From: an uncultured delta proteobacterium | Lineage (GTDB): Bacteria; Desulfobacterota; Binatia; UBA9968 | Direction of reading: 5' to 3' | Assembly: GCA_963847445.1 (NCBI GenBank) | Contig: CAWJZV010000030.1 | Span: forward strand, 352,001 to 416,000 | Length of the DNA: 64,000 bases | In this document: positions 1 to 10,089 of the stretch, piece by piece | Numbering within the stretch: the stretch's first letter is position 1 | Layout: every line of letters starts with the position of its first letter | Program-made: the position numbers and the translations under genes | Notes under the pieces: generated by a model | What the model saw: the letters and a program-made list of their open reading frames with translations, nothing else | What the model was told of the DNA's origin: nothing | Databases searched by the model: none

Positions 1-7
1 CTTCGAT

Positions 8-553
8 TTGCCGCCGGACAAGATTGCCGAGCTGGCGCCGGCTCTTCTGTGGTTGGCATTTTTGTTTACCGGAACTTTGGGCTTAGCGCAGCTGTTTCAA
101 GCCGAACGAGACAATCATTGCTTGGACGCGTTGCTGTTGTCGCCGCTCGACCGCGGCGCGCTGTTTTTAGCCAAGACCGGTTTTAATTTCGTCCTGATGT
201 TTGTCGTCGAACTGGTGGTCATCCCGCTGTTCTGGGTTTTATTCAACTTGTCCGCCTGGAACTTGCTACCGCAACTCTTTTTGGTAACTTTACTGGGCAC
301 GGTGGGCTTTTGCGTTTTAGGCACGATTACGGCGGCGATCACGTTGCGCGCCCGGGCGCGCGAACTGCTATTGCCCCTGGTCTTGTTTCCCTTGATGATT
401 CCGGTAATCCTCGCCACCATTCGTTGCATGGAAAGCATTATGACCACTGGCGGCATGACCGCAGCCATGCCATGGCTGCGGCTGCTCACCGGCTTCGATG
501 TAATTTTTTTGACCATCGGGATTTTGATCTTTGATTGGGTGATCGAAAGCTAA
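8..553 (+). CDS. ccmB: Heme exporter protein B (CcmB), probably 5'-truncated by window edge
   Basis: Multi-TM protein with 'LFQAERDNHCLDALLLSP' and 'LLPLVLFPLMIPVIL' CcmB-type motifs; first gene of ccm operon. Confidence 0.9.
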   Translation: MPPDKIAELAPALLWLAFLFTGTLGLAQLFQAERDNHCLDALLLSPLDRGALFLAKTGFNFVLMFVVELVVIPLFWVLFNLSAWNLLPQLFLVTLLGTVGFCVLGTITAAITLRARARELLLPLVLFPLMIPVILATIRCMESIMTTGGMTAAMPWLRLLTGFDVIFLTIGILIFDWVIES

Positions 554-555
554 TC

Positions 556-1263
556 ATGGCGCAGTCCACGGCAGCGGTAAAGAAACGCAAAGGCATCCTC
601 GGCGGCTTGGCTTTGCTCGCCATCATCGCCGGACTTTGCTGGAGTTTGTTCGTAGCACCGCCCGACGCCTATCAGGGTGAAGTGCAGCGCATCATGTATC
701 TTCACCTGCCGAGCATTCTGACCGCCTATCTTTCCTATTTTCTCGTCTTCATCGGTAGCGGCATGTATCTGTGGAAGCGCGAGAAGAAAGACGACCTGCT
801 CGCCCACGCCGCCGCCGAATTGGGCGTCCTGTTTACCGCGCTGACCATCGTCGAAGGCTCGATCTGGGGCAAACCAACCTGGGGCGTCTGGTGGACTTGG
901 GATGCCCGGCTCACTTTGACGGCAATCCTGCTGCTGATTTACGCCGGTTATTTAATGCTCCGTTCGCTGATCGATGATGAGCAGCGCGCCGCCTCGGCGG
1001 CGGCGATTTTGGGCATCATCGGCTTCCTCGACATCCCGCTGATCCACATGTCGGTCTACTGGTGGCGCACGCTGCACCAGCCACCGTCGATCCTGCGGCC
1101 TGACAAAAAGCCTTGGGAAAATGTCCATCCCGCCATGCTCACCGCCCTGGCCATCAGTTTTGTCGGCTTTCTGCTGCTCTATTTCTACCTATTGTCGCTG
1201 CGCTATCGGGTCGGCGAGATGCGCCAAGAGATCAAAGCGCTGCGCCTGGAGCGAGGTGCTTGA
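556..1263 (+). CDS. ccmC: Heme exporter protein C (CcmC)
   Basis: WWD motif 'WGKPTWGVWWTWDARLT', flanking His (YLHLP, TLHQP); ATG at 556. Confidence 0.95.
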   Translation: MAQSTAAVKKRKGILGGLALLAIIAGLCWSLFVAPPDAYQGEVQRIMYLHLPSILTAYLSYFLVFIGSGMYLWKREKKDDLLAHAAAELGVLFTALTIVEGSIWGKPTWGVWWTWDARLTLTAILLLIYAGYLMLRSLIDDEQRAASAAAILGIIGFLDIPLIHMSVYWWRTLHQPPSILRPDKKPWENVHPAMLTALAISFVGFLLLYFYLLSLRYRVGEMRQEIKALRLERGA

Positions 1264-1418
1264 TGGGACCCTGGGGATTTGTTTCATTGGCGTATGGAAT
1301 TGTTTGCGCCGTCATCGTCCTGTATTGGTTAATATTGAAGCGCCGCTATCGTCAGGCCGAAGCGGAGCTCAACCGGTTGAAGTCCTCGGAGGCGGTTAAT
1401 AGCCATGACAAAGGGTAA
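1263..1418 (+). CDS. ccmD: Heme exporter protein D (CcmD), 51 aa
   Basis: ATG overlaps ccmC TGA; 'WGFVSLAYGIV' single TM helix plus basic tail, between ccmC and ccmE. Confidence 0.8.
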   Translation: MGPWGFVSLAYGIVCAVIVLYWLILKRRYRQAEAELNRLKSSEAVNSHDKG

Positions 1419-1848
1419 AAGATTCCTAATCGGCGGTGTCGTCATACTCGCCGCGCTCGCCTACATCATCTACGGTGGCATGCAGCAGGCGCTGGTGTAT
1501 TTCAAAATGCCGTCCGAGCTCCGCGCCGAAGAAAGCGCTATGAAGGGCAAGTTCGTGCGCATGGGCGGCATGGTGGTCAAAGGCTCCATGGAAAAAGATT
1601 TGCAAAATCTCACCTACAAATTCCAAATCACCGACGGCGGCACCAGCTTCCCGGTCTATTTCAAAGGCGTGCCGCCGGATCTGTTCGTTGAAGGCAAAGG
1701 CGCCGTGGTCGAAGGGCGGGTCGAAAGCGACGGCGTGTTTCACGCCACCACGATCATGGCCAAGCATGCCGAAGACTATAGTCCCCACGCCGACGGCAAA
1801 AACGCCAGCAAAAGTTTTATTCCCGCCCAGGAAGCCGGCGCCAAGTGA
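1405..1848 (+). CDS. ccmE: Heme chaperone CcmE
   Basis: N-terminal TM, 'VRMGGMV', 'PDLFVEG', heme-binding 'AKHAEDY' (HxxxY). Confidence 0.95.
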   Translation: MTKGKRFLIGGVVILAALAYIIYGGMQQALVYFKMPSELRAEESAMKGKFVRMGGMVVKGSMEKDLQNLTYKFQITDGGTSFPVYFKGVPPDLFVEGKGAVVEGRVESDGVFHATTIMAKHAEDYSPHADGKNASKSFIPAQEAGAK

Positions 1849-3839
1849 CCGCGAGTATCGGTCATAGCTCGATCGTCATCGCGTTCATCGCTGCGCTGAT
1901 CGGCATCATGAGTCCGATCGTCGCCGCGCGCTCGGCGGGAGATCGCTTTCGCATGGTGGCGGGTTACGCGATCTTGGGCCAATTCGTTTTCGTCACAGTA
2001 GCCGCTGTCGCCCTGATCTATGGTCTGATCGCCACCGACTTCTCGATCAAGTACGTCGCGTCCAATACCACCCGCGCCACGCCGGTTTACTATCGTGTCA
2101 CCGGGCTGTGGGGGGCGCTTGAAGGCTCGCTCTTGCTCTGGGAATGGATACTGATCATCTTCGCCGGCATCGTCGCTTGGGTCTACCGCCAGCGCCACCA
2201 TGAGATGATGCCCTGGGTGATCATGATCTTCTCCATCGTCTCGGCGTTCTTTCTTGGCGTCATCGGTTTCTTGTCCAACCCCTTTGAAACCATTTTTCCG
2301 ATCCCTCTCGACGGCCGCGGTTTGAACCCGCTGCTCGAAGACGCCAACATGATGACCCACCCGCCGCTGCTTTACACCGGCTTCGTCGGTCTCACGGTGC
2401 CCTTCGCCTTTGCCATGGCGGCGTTGATCGTCGGCAAGTTGGATGAAGCCTGGGTGGTCAGCACCCGCCGCTGGACGATCACCGCGTGGTTTTTTTTGAC
2501 GGCGGGCAATCTCGTCGGCGCCTGGTGGTCGTATCATGTGCTCGGCTGGGGCGGTTACTGGGCCTGGGATCCGGTGGAGAACGCCGCCTTCATGCCCTGG
2601 CTGCCGGCCACGGCATTCTTGCATTCGATCCAAGTCCAAGAGCGCCGGCGCATGCTCAAAGTGTGGAATCTGGCGCTGATCATCGTCGCCTTCAGTTTGA
2701 CCATCTTCGGCACCTTTCTCACCCGCTCGGGAATCATTTCATCGATCCACGCTTTTTCATCGGGCCCGGTGGGCGGTTTTTTTCTGGGCTTTCTCGCGTT
2801 CATCCTATTGGGTTCCTTCGGCCTGCTCGCCTACCGCGCCGATCTTTTGAAGGAACAGCCCGAGCTCGATTCCATGGTCAGCCGTGAGTCGGCCTTCTTG
2901 CTCAACAACATCGTGTTGGTCTCCGCTTTGTTCACGATCTTTCTCGGCACGATCTTTCCGCTGATCTCCGAAGCCGTCGCCGGCACTCAGGTGAGCGTTG
3001 GCGCGCCCTATTTCAACTCGGTCACCGTGCCGTTGTTTCTCGTCCTAGTATTTCTCATGGGGGTCGGACCGATGATCGCCTGGCGGCGCGCCTCCTGGGA
3101 TAATCTTAGACGGAACTTTCTCTGGCCCGCCGCGGCGTCGCTAACCTTCGGTTTGTTGCTATTTGTTTGGAAGGTGAAAGACTTTCTGCCGCTGTTGGGC
3201 TTTACCCTGCTCGCCTTCGTCGTTTCCTCGATGCTCTATGACACCGCGCTCGCGCTGCGCGCCCGCAAGCGCATTGCCGGCGAAGGCATCCTGCGCGGCC
3301 TGATTACCCTGACCCGGCGCAACCAACGGCGCTACGGCGGCCTGGTGGTCCATCTCGGCGTGGTCTTGATCATGATGGGCATCGCCGGCTCGATGACCTA
3401 CAGCAGTGAAAAAGACGCCACGCTCGCGGTCGGACAATCCCTCGATATCGGCAACTACAAGGTGCAATTCGAAGGGCTCAAGGGCTCGCAGCAGCCGACC
3501 CATTTCCGCGTCGAAGGAGTCTTTCGCGTGTTTCACAATGGCAGCGACGAAGGCATCGTTACCCCGGCGCTAAAATTCTTCCCAACCCAGCAGTCGCCCA
3601 TCGGCCGCGCCGTCCATCAGAGCAGCTTGAGCGAAGATATTTATTTAATCCTCTCCGGCTTCAGCGAAGTGAACCGCAACCAAGCCACGCTCAAAGTCCT
3701 GGTTCGCCCGCTGGTGATCTGGATGTGGATCGGCGGTTTCGTCATCGCCTTCGGCACAATCATCTGCCTGGTCCCCATGGGCACAGTGAAAGCGCAAGAA
3801 GATTGCCATGCCTACCCCACAGTTTGTCGCAATTTGTAA
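1845..3839 (+). CDS. ccmF: Cytochrome c heme lyase CcmF
   Basis: 'LGWGGYWAWDPVEN', 'GLNPLL', 'HPPLLY', 'GTFLTRSG..SIHAF'. Confidence 0.96.
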   Translation: MTASIGHSSIVIAFIAALIGIMSPIVAARSAGDRFRMVAGYAILGQFVFVTVAAVALIYGLIATDFSIKYVASNTTRATPVYYRVTGLWGALEGSLLLWEWILIIFAGIVAWVYRQRHHEMMPWVIMIFSIVSAFFLGVIGFLSNPFETIFPIPLDGRGLNPLLEDANMMTHPPLLYTGFVGLTVPFAFAMAALIVGKLDEAWVVSTRRWTITAWFFLTAGNLVGAWWSYHVLGWGGYWAWDPVENAAFMPWLPATAFLHSIQVQERRRMLKVWNLALIIVAFSLTIFGTFLTRSGIISSIHAFSSGPVGGFFLGFLAFILLGSFGLLAYRADLLKEQPELDSMVSRESAFLLNNIVLVSALFTIFLGTIFPLISEAVAGTQVSVGAPYFNSVTVPLFLVLVFLMGVGPMIAWRRASWDNLRRNFLWPAAASLTFGLLLFVWKVKDFLPLLGFTLLAFVVSSMLYDTALALRARKRIAGEGILRGLITLTRRNQRRYGGLVVHLGVVLIMMGIAGSMTYSSEKDATLAVGQSLDIGNYKVQFEGLKGSQQPTHFRVEGVFRVFHNGSDEGIVTPALKFFPTQQSPIGRAVHQSSLSEDIYLILSGFSEVNRNQATLKVLVRPLVIWMWIGGFVIAFGTIICLVPMGTVKAQEDCHAYPTVCRNL

Positions 3840-3866
3840 TCTTGAATTTGCAATGTGGAATTTGTC

Positions 3867-4433
3867 ATGCCCGTACGTCGCTTAACCATCACCCTGCTGA
3901 TCATTGCCCCGATCCTGGCGCTGTTGGCCTACGGCTTCACCCGCGACGCCAAGTACATCAAGTCGCCGCTGCTGGCCAAAGCCGCGACGCCATTCTCGGT
4001 CACCCTTTATGACGGCAGGAAGGTTACGCTGGAAGATTACCGCGGCAAGGCGCTGTTCTTAAATTTTTGGGCGTCCTGGTGTGCGCCCTGCCGCGCCGAA
4101 GCCCGTGATCTCGAAGCCGCCTGGCAAAAGATCAAAGACAAGGACATGGTCTTTCTCGGTGTCGCTTTGCAGGATCTCGACGACAACGCCAAAGCCTTTT
4201 TGCAAGAATTCAACGTCACCTATCCCAACGGCCGCGACGAGTCCGGCAAGATCGCCGTCGACTACGGCACCTGGGGCATCCCGGAAAGCTTTTTCATCGA
4301 CCCGCAGGGGCGCATTACCTATAAGCATGTCGGCGCCATCCGCGCCGCGCTGGTGCTGACCAAACTCGATGAAGCGGCCAAAGGCATCGCCAGCGCCCAG
4401 GAAGGCCGCGGCGATTATCAGGGAGTGCGCTGA
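3867..4433 (+). CDS. ccmG: TlpA/DsbE thiol-disulfide oxidoreductase (CcmG)
   Basis: 'NFWASWCAPC' thioredoxin motif, 'GIPESF', N-terminal anchor, ccm context. Confidence 0.9.
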   Translation: MPVRRLTITLLIIAPILALLAYGFTRDAKYIKSPLLAKAATPFSVTLYDGRKVTLEDYRGKALFLNFWASWCAPCRAEARDLEAAWQKIKDKDMVFLGVALQDLDDNAKAFLQEFNVTYPNGRDESGKIAVDYGTWGIPESFFIDPQGRITYKHVGAIRAALVLTKLDEAAKGIASAQEGRGDYQGVR

Positions 4434-4438
4434 CGACG

Positions 4439-6068
4439 ATGCGCTATCCTAGGTTGTTGCTGCTTTGTCGTTCTGGGTCGTGTTCTTCCAACCGCTCCAT
4501 GCGGCGTCCACCACCGACGAGATCGAAGACCGCACCCGGGAGATCTCAACCGAACTGCGCTGCGTCGTCTGTCAAAATCTTTCCGTCGCCGACTCGCCGT
4601 CGGAGATGGCCCAGCAGATGCGCGCCATCGTCCGCGAGCAAGTCCAAGCGGGCAAGAGCACCGAGCAGATCAAAGAATTCTTCGTCTCCAAATACGGCGA
4701 TTGGGTCTTGCTCAGGCCCAAAACCACCGGCGTCAGCGCGCTGCTGTGGATATTGCCCTACGTCGTACTCGTTTGCGGTATGATTGCCGCGCTATGGTTC
4801 ATTCGCCGCTGGACGACAAAAAAACCGCCCGCCGAAGTTCCCACCAGCGAAAGCCTGGCCGCAAACCAAACCCAGCGTGACTCGCTGCGGGAAGAATTCC
4901 AGCTACCGGATATCGACGACGAGACCGAGCGCGCCCAACTGCTGCGCGGGCGCGGCCATGTGCGCGACGAACTGAACGAGTTGGAGTTCGATTTTCAATC
5001 CGGCAAATTGTCGCAGGCCGATTACACGCAACTGCGACAAGAGATTGAAAGCAAAGGTGTCAGTGTGCTGCAACAGCTGAGTGTCCTGCCCGCAGCGCCG
5101 AAAGTAAAGCCGCCAGACATGAAGGCTAAAGCGCAGAAAGACACGGTCGCGCAAAGCCGTTTCAAGCGCTGGCAACTGATCGGCGGTGGCGTGTTTCTCT
5201 TGCTCTTCGGTCTCACCCTTGGCGTCATGCTGACCCAATCGATCCGCCCGCGCCAGGGAGAGGGCGACACCATGACCGGTGATTTCATGACCGGCACGAC
5301 GCCCATGAGTGGCGCGGCAGGCGCAGCCATGGCCGAAGGCAAACAAGCATTCCAACGCCAAGAATTTCCCAAGGCCATCGAGGCTTTCAAGCAAGTCCTC
5401 GATGCCGATCCGGCTCATCCCGAGGCGCATAGCTACATGGGTTTCATTCTCATGCAGGCTGGCCATGGCGACGGCGCGCTCATGGCCTTCGATAAAGCCC
5501 TTGCGCGCGCGCCCAATTTTCCCATGGCATTGTGGGGCAAAGGCATGGTGCTGTACCAGGACAAAAAAGATTTTGCCGGCGCCCGAGAGATTTTCGAGAA
5601 GCTCTTGACAATCGTGCCACCCGGCGAAGAGCGAAATGAAATCACCAAAATCTTGGCGAGATTCCGACAACCGGCGGCCCAGCCAAACCGGTTCAACCCG
5701 TCGCAGCGTCATCCGGCCAGACAATCGCCGGCACAATCACCGTCGATGCGAAAGTTGAAATCGAACATCGATCCCAACGCCGCACTATTTATCATCGCCA
5801 GACCCGCCGGCAACCCAGGCGGCCCGCCGCTAGCCGTCAAGAAAATCGACAAACCGAAGTTTCCGCTGCAATTACTCCCTCAGCCAAGAGAACGTCATGA
5901 TGCAAGGCACGCCGTTCAGCGGCAAGATCAACCTCACCGTCCGTTTAGACAAAGACGGCAACCCGACCAGCCGCGGCGCCGGCGATCTCACCGGCGAATA
6001 CAAGAAAAATCCCGCGGAGGTGGGCGTGAAGAACGTGGATATCGTGATCGATCAACTCATGCAGTAAC
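4439..6068 (+). CDS. ccmH: CcmH fused to CycH/CcmI-like TPR and C-terminal domains (frameshifted)
   Basis: 'LRCVVCQN..S' CcmH motif, TPRs, C-terminal 'LFIIARP..GPPLAVKK' and 'VRLDKDGNP' across frames; TAA at 6066-6068. Confidence 0.85.
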
Positions 6069-6144
6069 CCTGCGTGTCCCTTCGGTGAGGAATTGACCCG
6101 CTGGAAAAACACGCGACAGCTATTTCGCGGCAAGGTGGTTTGCC

Positions 6145-6693
6145 ATGGCAGAATCTGATGTGTTACTGGACGCCTTCACACGGGTTTACGAATCGCTGCA
6201 CCGCACCTTGGCTGATCTCAGCGAAGCGGAACTGATCCAAGAGCCGCATCCGCCCATCGGCTGGCTCGCCTGGCGGCTTACTCGAGTCATGGACAGCAAT
6301 GTGTCGCGGCTCTCCGGCCGGGAGCAACTTTGGATCGGCGAGGGTTGGGCCGCTCGATTCAGCATGCCGCCTTTGCCCGCCGACTTTGGCCGATCGGCCG
6401 CCCACACACGCGCGCAAGTGCGAGTCTTTCGCGCCTCGGCGAAACTGCTTCTGGCGTATCACGATGCGACCTACGCGCGAATGAAGGGGTACCTCGAAAC
6501 GCTCTCCCCCGAAGATCTCGCGCGGCAGCTTGACGAGCCCCGGTTTCAACCGTTGCCGACAGTCGCCGTGCGCCTCGTCAGCGTGCTGGAAAATGCCATG
6601 ACCAATCAAGGCCAGATCAGCTACTTGAAGGCCTATCACCGGCTCGGCGGCTGGTTTCCGCAGGAGGCTAAGGATCCCGCCAGCGTTCGTTAG
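6145..6693 (+). CDS. DinB/DUF664-like four-helix protein
   Basis: 'PIGWLAW', 'QLWIGEGWAARF', 'VRLVSVL...GQISYL' pattern. Confidence 0.7.
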   Translation: MAESDVLLDAFTRVYESLHRTLADLSEAELIQEPHPPIGWLAWRLTRVMDSNVSRLSGREQLWIGEGWAARFSMPPLPADFGRSAAHTRAQVRVFRASAKLLLAYHDATYARMKGYLETLSPEDLARQLDEPRFQPLPTVAVRLVSVLENAMTNQGQISYLKAYHRLGGWFPQEAKDPASVR

Positions 6694-6862
6694 TGCATGG
6701 AATCAACTCGATGCTTGATTAATCAATCTCCCATCCATGGCGCTAATGGATTCATTCATGGCGGACTGCTGCGCGGCTTAGATTTTTTTCGACCGCCGCC
6801 ACGGGCAATCGTTGCAACCCAAGCGCGCCAACTGGCAATTAGTCTTATTAACGGAGGAACAG

Positions 6863-7942
6863 GTGGCTAAACCGACCGTGCGCCGTCAGACCAAGTATGT
6901 GGCTTTGACCAAGGCGCAGTTTCGCGAGCGCTTCTTTGCGCGCTTCTACGACCCGGCCTTCGACGAAGTAAAGCTAGAATTGGAGAAGGTTTTCGAGAAA
7001 GCTTGGGACGGCTACATTGTCTACCGTAAGTCACCACGTAAAATACCCGCGGGTAAGGGCTTTGCCGATCCGAGATTCGCGCTGCCGATCGAGTGGCTCG
7101 ATACCCGCGCGAAGATTCTGGCGGCGGCGAAGCGCCAGAAAGATCCCAAGTCACCCTCTCGTATCCTGATCGTCAACGGCTCGACCCGCAGCGAGCACAG
7201 CTGTCCGGGTGAGGTTTCCAAAACCCGCCGCCTGGCGCAGCAGGCGCAGAAGACAATCGAATCCTTGCGCGGCTTCGAAGTCGATTTTCTCGACCTGTCG
7301 ACCCTCGCCGACGAGCCGTACAAAACTATTTTCCCGTGCAAGGCCTGTGTTTCAACGGCTATGCCGCTCTGTCATTGGCCCTGCTCCTGTTATCCCAATC
7401 ACGCCATGGGTCAGGTCAACGACTGGATGAACGAGATTTATCCGCGCTGGGTGGCCGCCCATGGCGTGATGATCCTCTGCCCAGTGCATTGGTATCAGGC
7501 ACCCGCTAGTTTGAAGCTCATGATCGATCGGCTTGTCTGCGCCGACGGCGGCAATCCCGATCCGACGACCACGAAAGGGAAAAATCCGCTATTGGCAAAG
7601 CAGCTTGAGCTCAAAGGCTGGAGCTATCCCAAGCATCTCGCCGGGCGTGCGTTCTCGGTGATCGTCCATGGCGACGCCGCCGGCCCGGAAACTCTCCGCC
7701 GCATGTTGACCGATTGGCTCACCGATATGGCAATGGTTCCCGCCGGTGCAACGGCGCTGATCGATACTTGGGTCGGCTGGTACCAACCCTACGCCACCAG
7801 TCACGACGATCTCGACAAAGATAAGGCCTTATTCGCCGAAGTGGGCAACGCCGCCTTGGCGCTCGCCAATATGATAAAACTCATGCGCACGGGAAAGTAT
7901 CATGCGCCGGACGAAAAGCTGCGTGACCCGCGGAAGAAATAA
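6863..7942 (+). CDS. Multimeric flavodoxin / NADPH-dependent FMN reductase family with Cys cluster
   Basis: GGAGG RBS before GTG 6863; 'NGSTRS', 'PCKACVSTAMPLCHWPCSC', 'PVHWYQ...LKLMIDRL'. Confidence 0.8.
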   Translation: MAKPTVRRQTKYVALTKAQFRERFFARFYDPAFDEVKLELEKVFEKAWDGYIVYRKSPRKIPAGKGFADPRFALPIEWLDTRAKILAAAKRQKDPKSPSRILIVNGSTRSEHSCPGEVSKTRRLAQQAQKTIESLRGFEVDFLDLSTLADEPYKTIFPCKACVSTAMPLCHWPCSCYPNHAMGQVNDWMNEIYPRWVAAHGVMILCPVHWYQAPASLKLMIDRLVCADGGNPDPTTTKGKNPLLAKQLELKGWSYPKHLAGRAFSVIVHGDAAGPETLRRMLTDWLTDMAMVPAGATALIDTWVGWYQPYATSHDDLDKDKALFAEVGNAALALANMIKLMRTGKYHAPDEKLRDPRKK

Positions 7943-7992
7943 ACCGCAGCGACCGAGATTGAGCGGCGCTCATGCCCAACCGGCGATTGTTT

Positions 7993-8892
7993 TCATTCAC
8001 CCCGTACCACCAGAACCGGATCGTCGGCGTGACGCACGATTTTTTCAGTGACGCTGCCGAGTATCCAGCGTTGGATGCCGGAGCGGCCATGGGTCGACAT
8101 GGCGATCACTGCGCCCGGCGCCGTCTGCGCGTAGCTGATTATTTCGTTGGCGGCTGCGCCTTCGATCGTTAGAACCGACACCGTCCGCACGCCCTCGCCA
8201 ACCAGAAAATCTTCTTTTACTTTGAGATAGGCGGCCGCTTCCCTGCGCGCATCCTCGCGCATCTCGTCGTAGTCGGGCAGGTAAGCTTCGCTGCTAACGT
8301 ACGCTCTCGCGGGAAACTCGAAAGCGCGAATCAGTGTCACCTCGACGTCAAGCGCTCGCGCCCAACGGCAAACGGTCGGCAGTATCTGCTCCGCCAGCGG
8401 CGAACCGTCCAGGGGGACGACGAGCGAATTGATGATCCGCTGCGGCGATGTCTTCGCCGCCGCCGCCCGCACCAGGAACAATGGATTGGTTGTGCCACGC
8501 AGCACCTTCTCGGCCACACTCCCCAACAACCAGCGCTTCGCCCCTGAGCGACCGTGGGTCGCCATGGCGATCAGGGTATCGCGCTCCTGACGGGTGCTTT
8601 CAAGAATGGTTTCCGCGGGTGTGCCGCGAATCATCCGGCACTCGGTCGCCGCGTGGGAGAAGCGCTTGGCGACATTTGCCAAATACTCCGCGCACTTCTT
8701 TTCCTCGGCAACGATGATGCTGTCCATCTGGCGGACTTTGTCCGGCGCCACATGGGTCGTCATCGCGCCGATATCGATGACCGACAGCAGCTCCACCGAG
8801 GTCTTGAATCCGGCAGCAAACGCCTCAACGTAGGGCAGCACCGCTTCCGCCGTTGCCGAACCGTCCAACGGCACCAGGATTTTTTTATACAT
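7993..8892 (-). CDS. Universal stress protein, tandem USP domains
   Basis: Two 'VPLDGS' starts and two 'THGRSG..RW.LGSV.EK' motifs; AGGAGG RBS. Confidence 0.92.
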   Translation of the reverse strand: MYKKILVPLDGSATAEAVLPYVEAFAAGFKTSVELLSVIDIGAMTTHVAPDKVRQMDSIIVAEEKKCAEYLANVAKRFSHAATECRMIRGTPAETILESTRQERDTLIAMATHGRSGAKRWLLGSVAEKVLRGTTNPLFLVRAAAAKTSPQRIINSLVVPLDGSPLAEQILPTVCRWARALDVEVTLIRAFEFPARAYVSSEAYLPDYDEMREDARREAAAYLKVKEDFLVGEGVRTVSVLTIEGAAANEIISYAQTAPGAVIAMSTHGRSGIQRWILGSVTEKIVRHADDPVLVVRGE

Positions 8893-9475
8893 CTTGGCCT
8901 CCTTGCCATTACCAATAGCCAAATATCGCTACGACTCCACCATGCCACCAACAGCTTTCCGATAAAAGCTCGGCTCGAATCTCAGGTCAGCGTTCCCCGC
9001 CGTAGATGCGGCGAGGAGCCGTTGCCTATAGAAATCGCGCCGGGCCGTGGTGGTCGCTTGCCGCAATCCTGGTGGCTGACTGCTGTGGCCCGGCATCTGG
9101 CCTCGACTGCGGGAAAACGAGGTAAGCAGAACAAATTCATTTCTGCGACAACGGCTGTGTACACTTGATCTGCCAGCCAATGAGCGTCCCCTTAGGAGAA
9201 TGACAGCCCGTCCGCCACCAACGCGGCTGCGCTCGACGATCTTGCCGATCACGTCCCGCCTCTTCGTATGCTCTGCCACGTCGCGTTACGACGCGATCTG
9301 CATGGCTAGGCATCAAGCTGGCGCCACGTTGAAGCAATTTTAAGAAGATCAAGTAATTCTAAGAATGGGAACGGGTTAAGGTCGCGTTCCTAAACTCTAG
9401 AGAGACTTACCGGGCAGTAACCCCATGAGTTAGCAATATCGCTCGCCAAACATGCGCTTGGCATTTACTTTGAGA

Positions 9476-9492
9476 TTGGCGCGCGGCTTGCT
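9476..9492 (+). promoter_or_regulatory. Putative sigma54 (-24/-12) promoter
   Basis: TTGGCGCGCGGCTTGCT = TGGC-N7-TTGC, about 60 bp upstream of ORF 9553 with AGGAG RBS. Confidence 0.55.
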
Positions 9493-9552
9493 TCGTTATA
9501 CCGTTGCGCAGTGAGAAACGACTAGCGACACGCAAAAGGAGATGCCCCGAAC

Positions 9553-9825
9553 ATGGCCCCGACAACCCCCTGGTCAGTAACCCCCTCAGGCAGCGAAAAA
9601 AACGGTTCGGCGAAGAAGAACTATAAGACGGTGCCGGAAAACTACAAAGTCCTATCCGACACCAAGTACCACAAGGTCGTTGCCGACCTGGAAGCCATTC
9701 TGTTGGATATCAGTACCGACGGCGTAGGCATCAACACACCGGACGGCAAGATTAGCGAGTCTTCCCTAAAGAACTGGGCCGCGTCCCTGCGAGATGCGCT
9801 GGAGACCCTGTCCAAGGCCCAGTGA
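9553..9825 (+). CDS. Hypothetical protein, 90 aa
   Basis: ORF with RBS and upstream sigma54-like motif; no family recognised. Confidence 0.55.
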   Translation: MAPTTPWSVTPSGSEKNGSAKKNYKTVPENYKVLSDTKYHKVVADLEAILLDISTDGVGINTPDGKISESSLKNWAASLRDALETLSKAQ

Positions 9826-10089
9826 ACCAGACCTCCTTCAAATATCATCGGACTCCGGATGCCCCCGCTGGTGGCTGACAGCGCGCCTCGGTGCGCGTGC
9901 ACTATCGATCCGGCGCAGAGAACCTTTCGCCGGCTAAGCAACCGGCAACACCTCGACGCTGTCCGTCTGATCCCCAACCTCCCCGATCTCCAATGCGCAT
10001 ATAGTCCGCGGCCAAGTGGCTTAGAGAAAGATCGCGCCCCGTCGGCAATCGCAGCCGCAAGCACCCCGATCCCTTAGGCGGTGATCGCT

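Noticed and set aside
6715-6726. FNR/CRP box TTGATTAATCAA upstream of the flavodoxin gene
   Set aside because: Perfect palindrome but the spacer is 2 bp rather than the 4 bp FNR requires; regulator cannot be assigned
9859-9867. Second att copy of the tRNA-Arg 3' end (ATGCCCCCG)
   Set aside because: Only 9 bp in GC-rich DNA; could easily be chance
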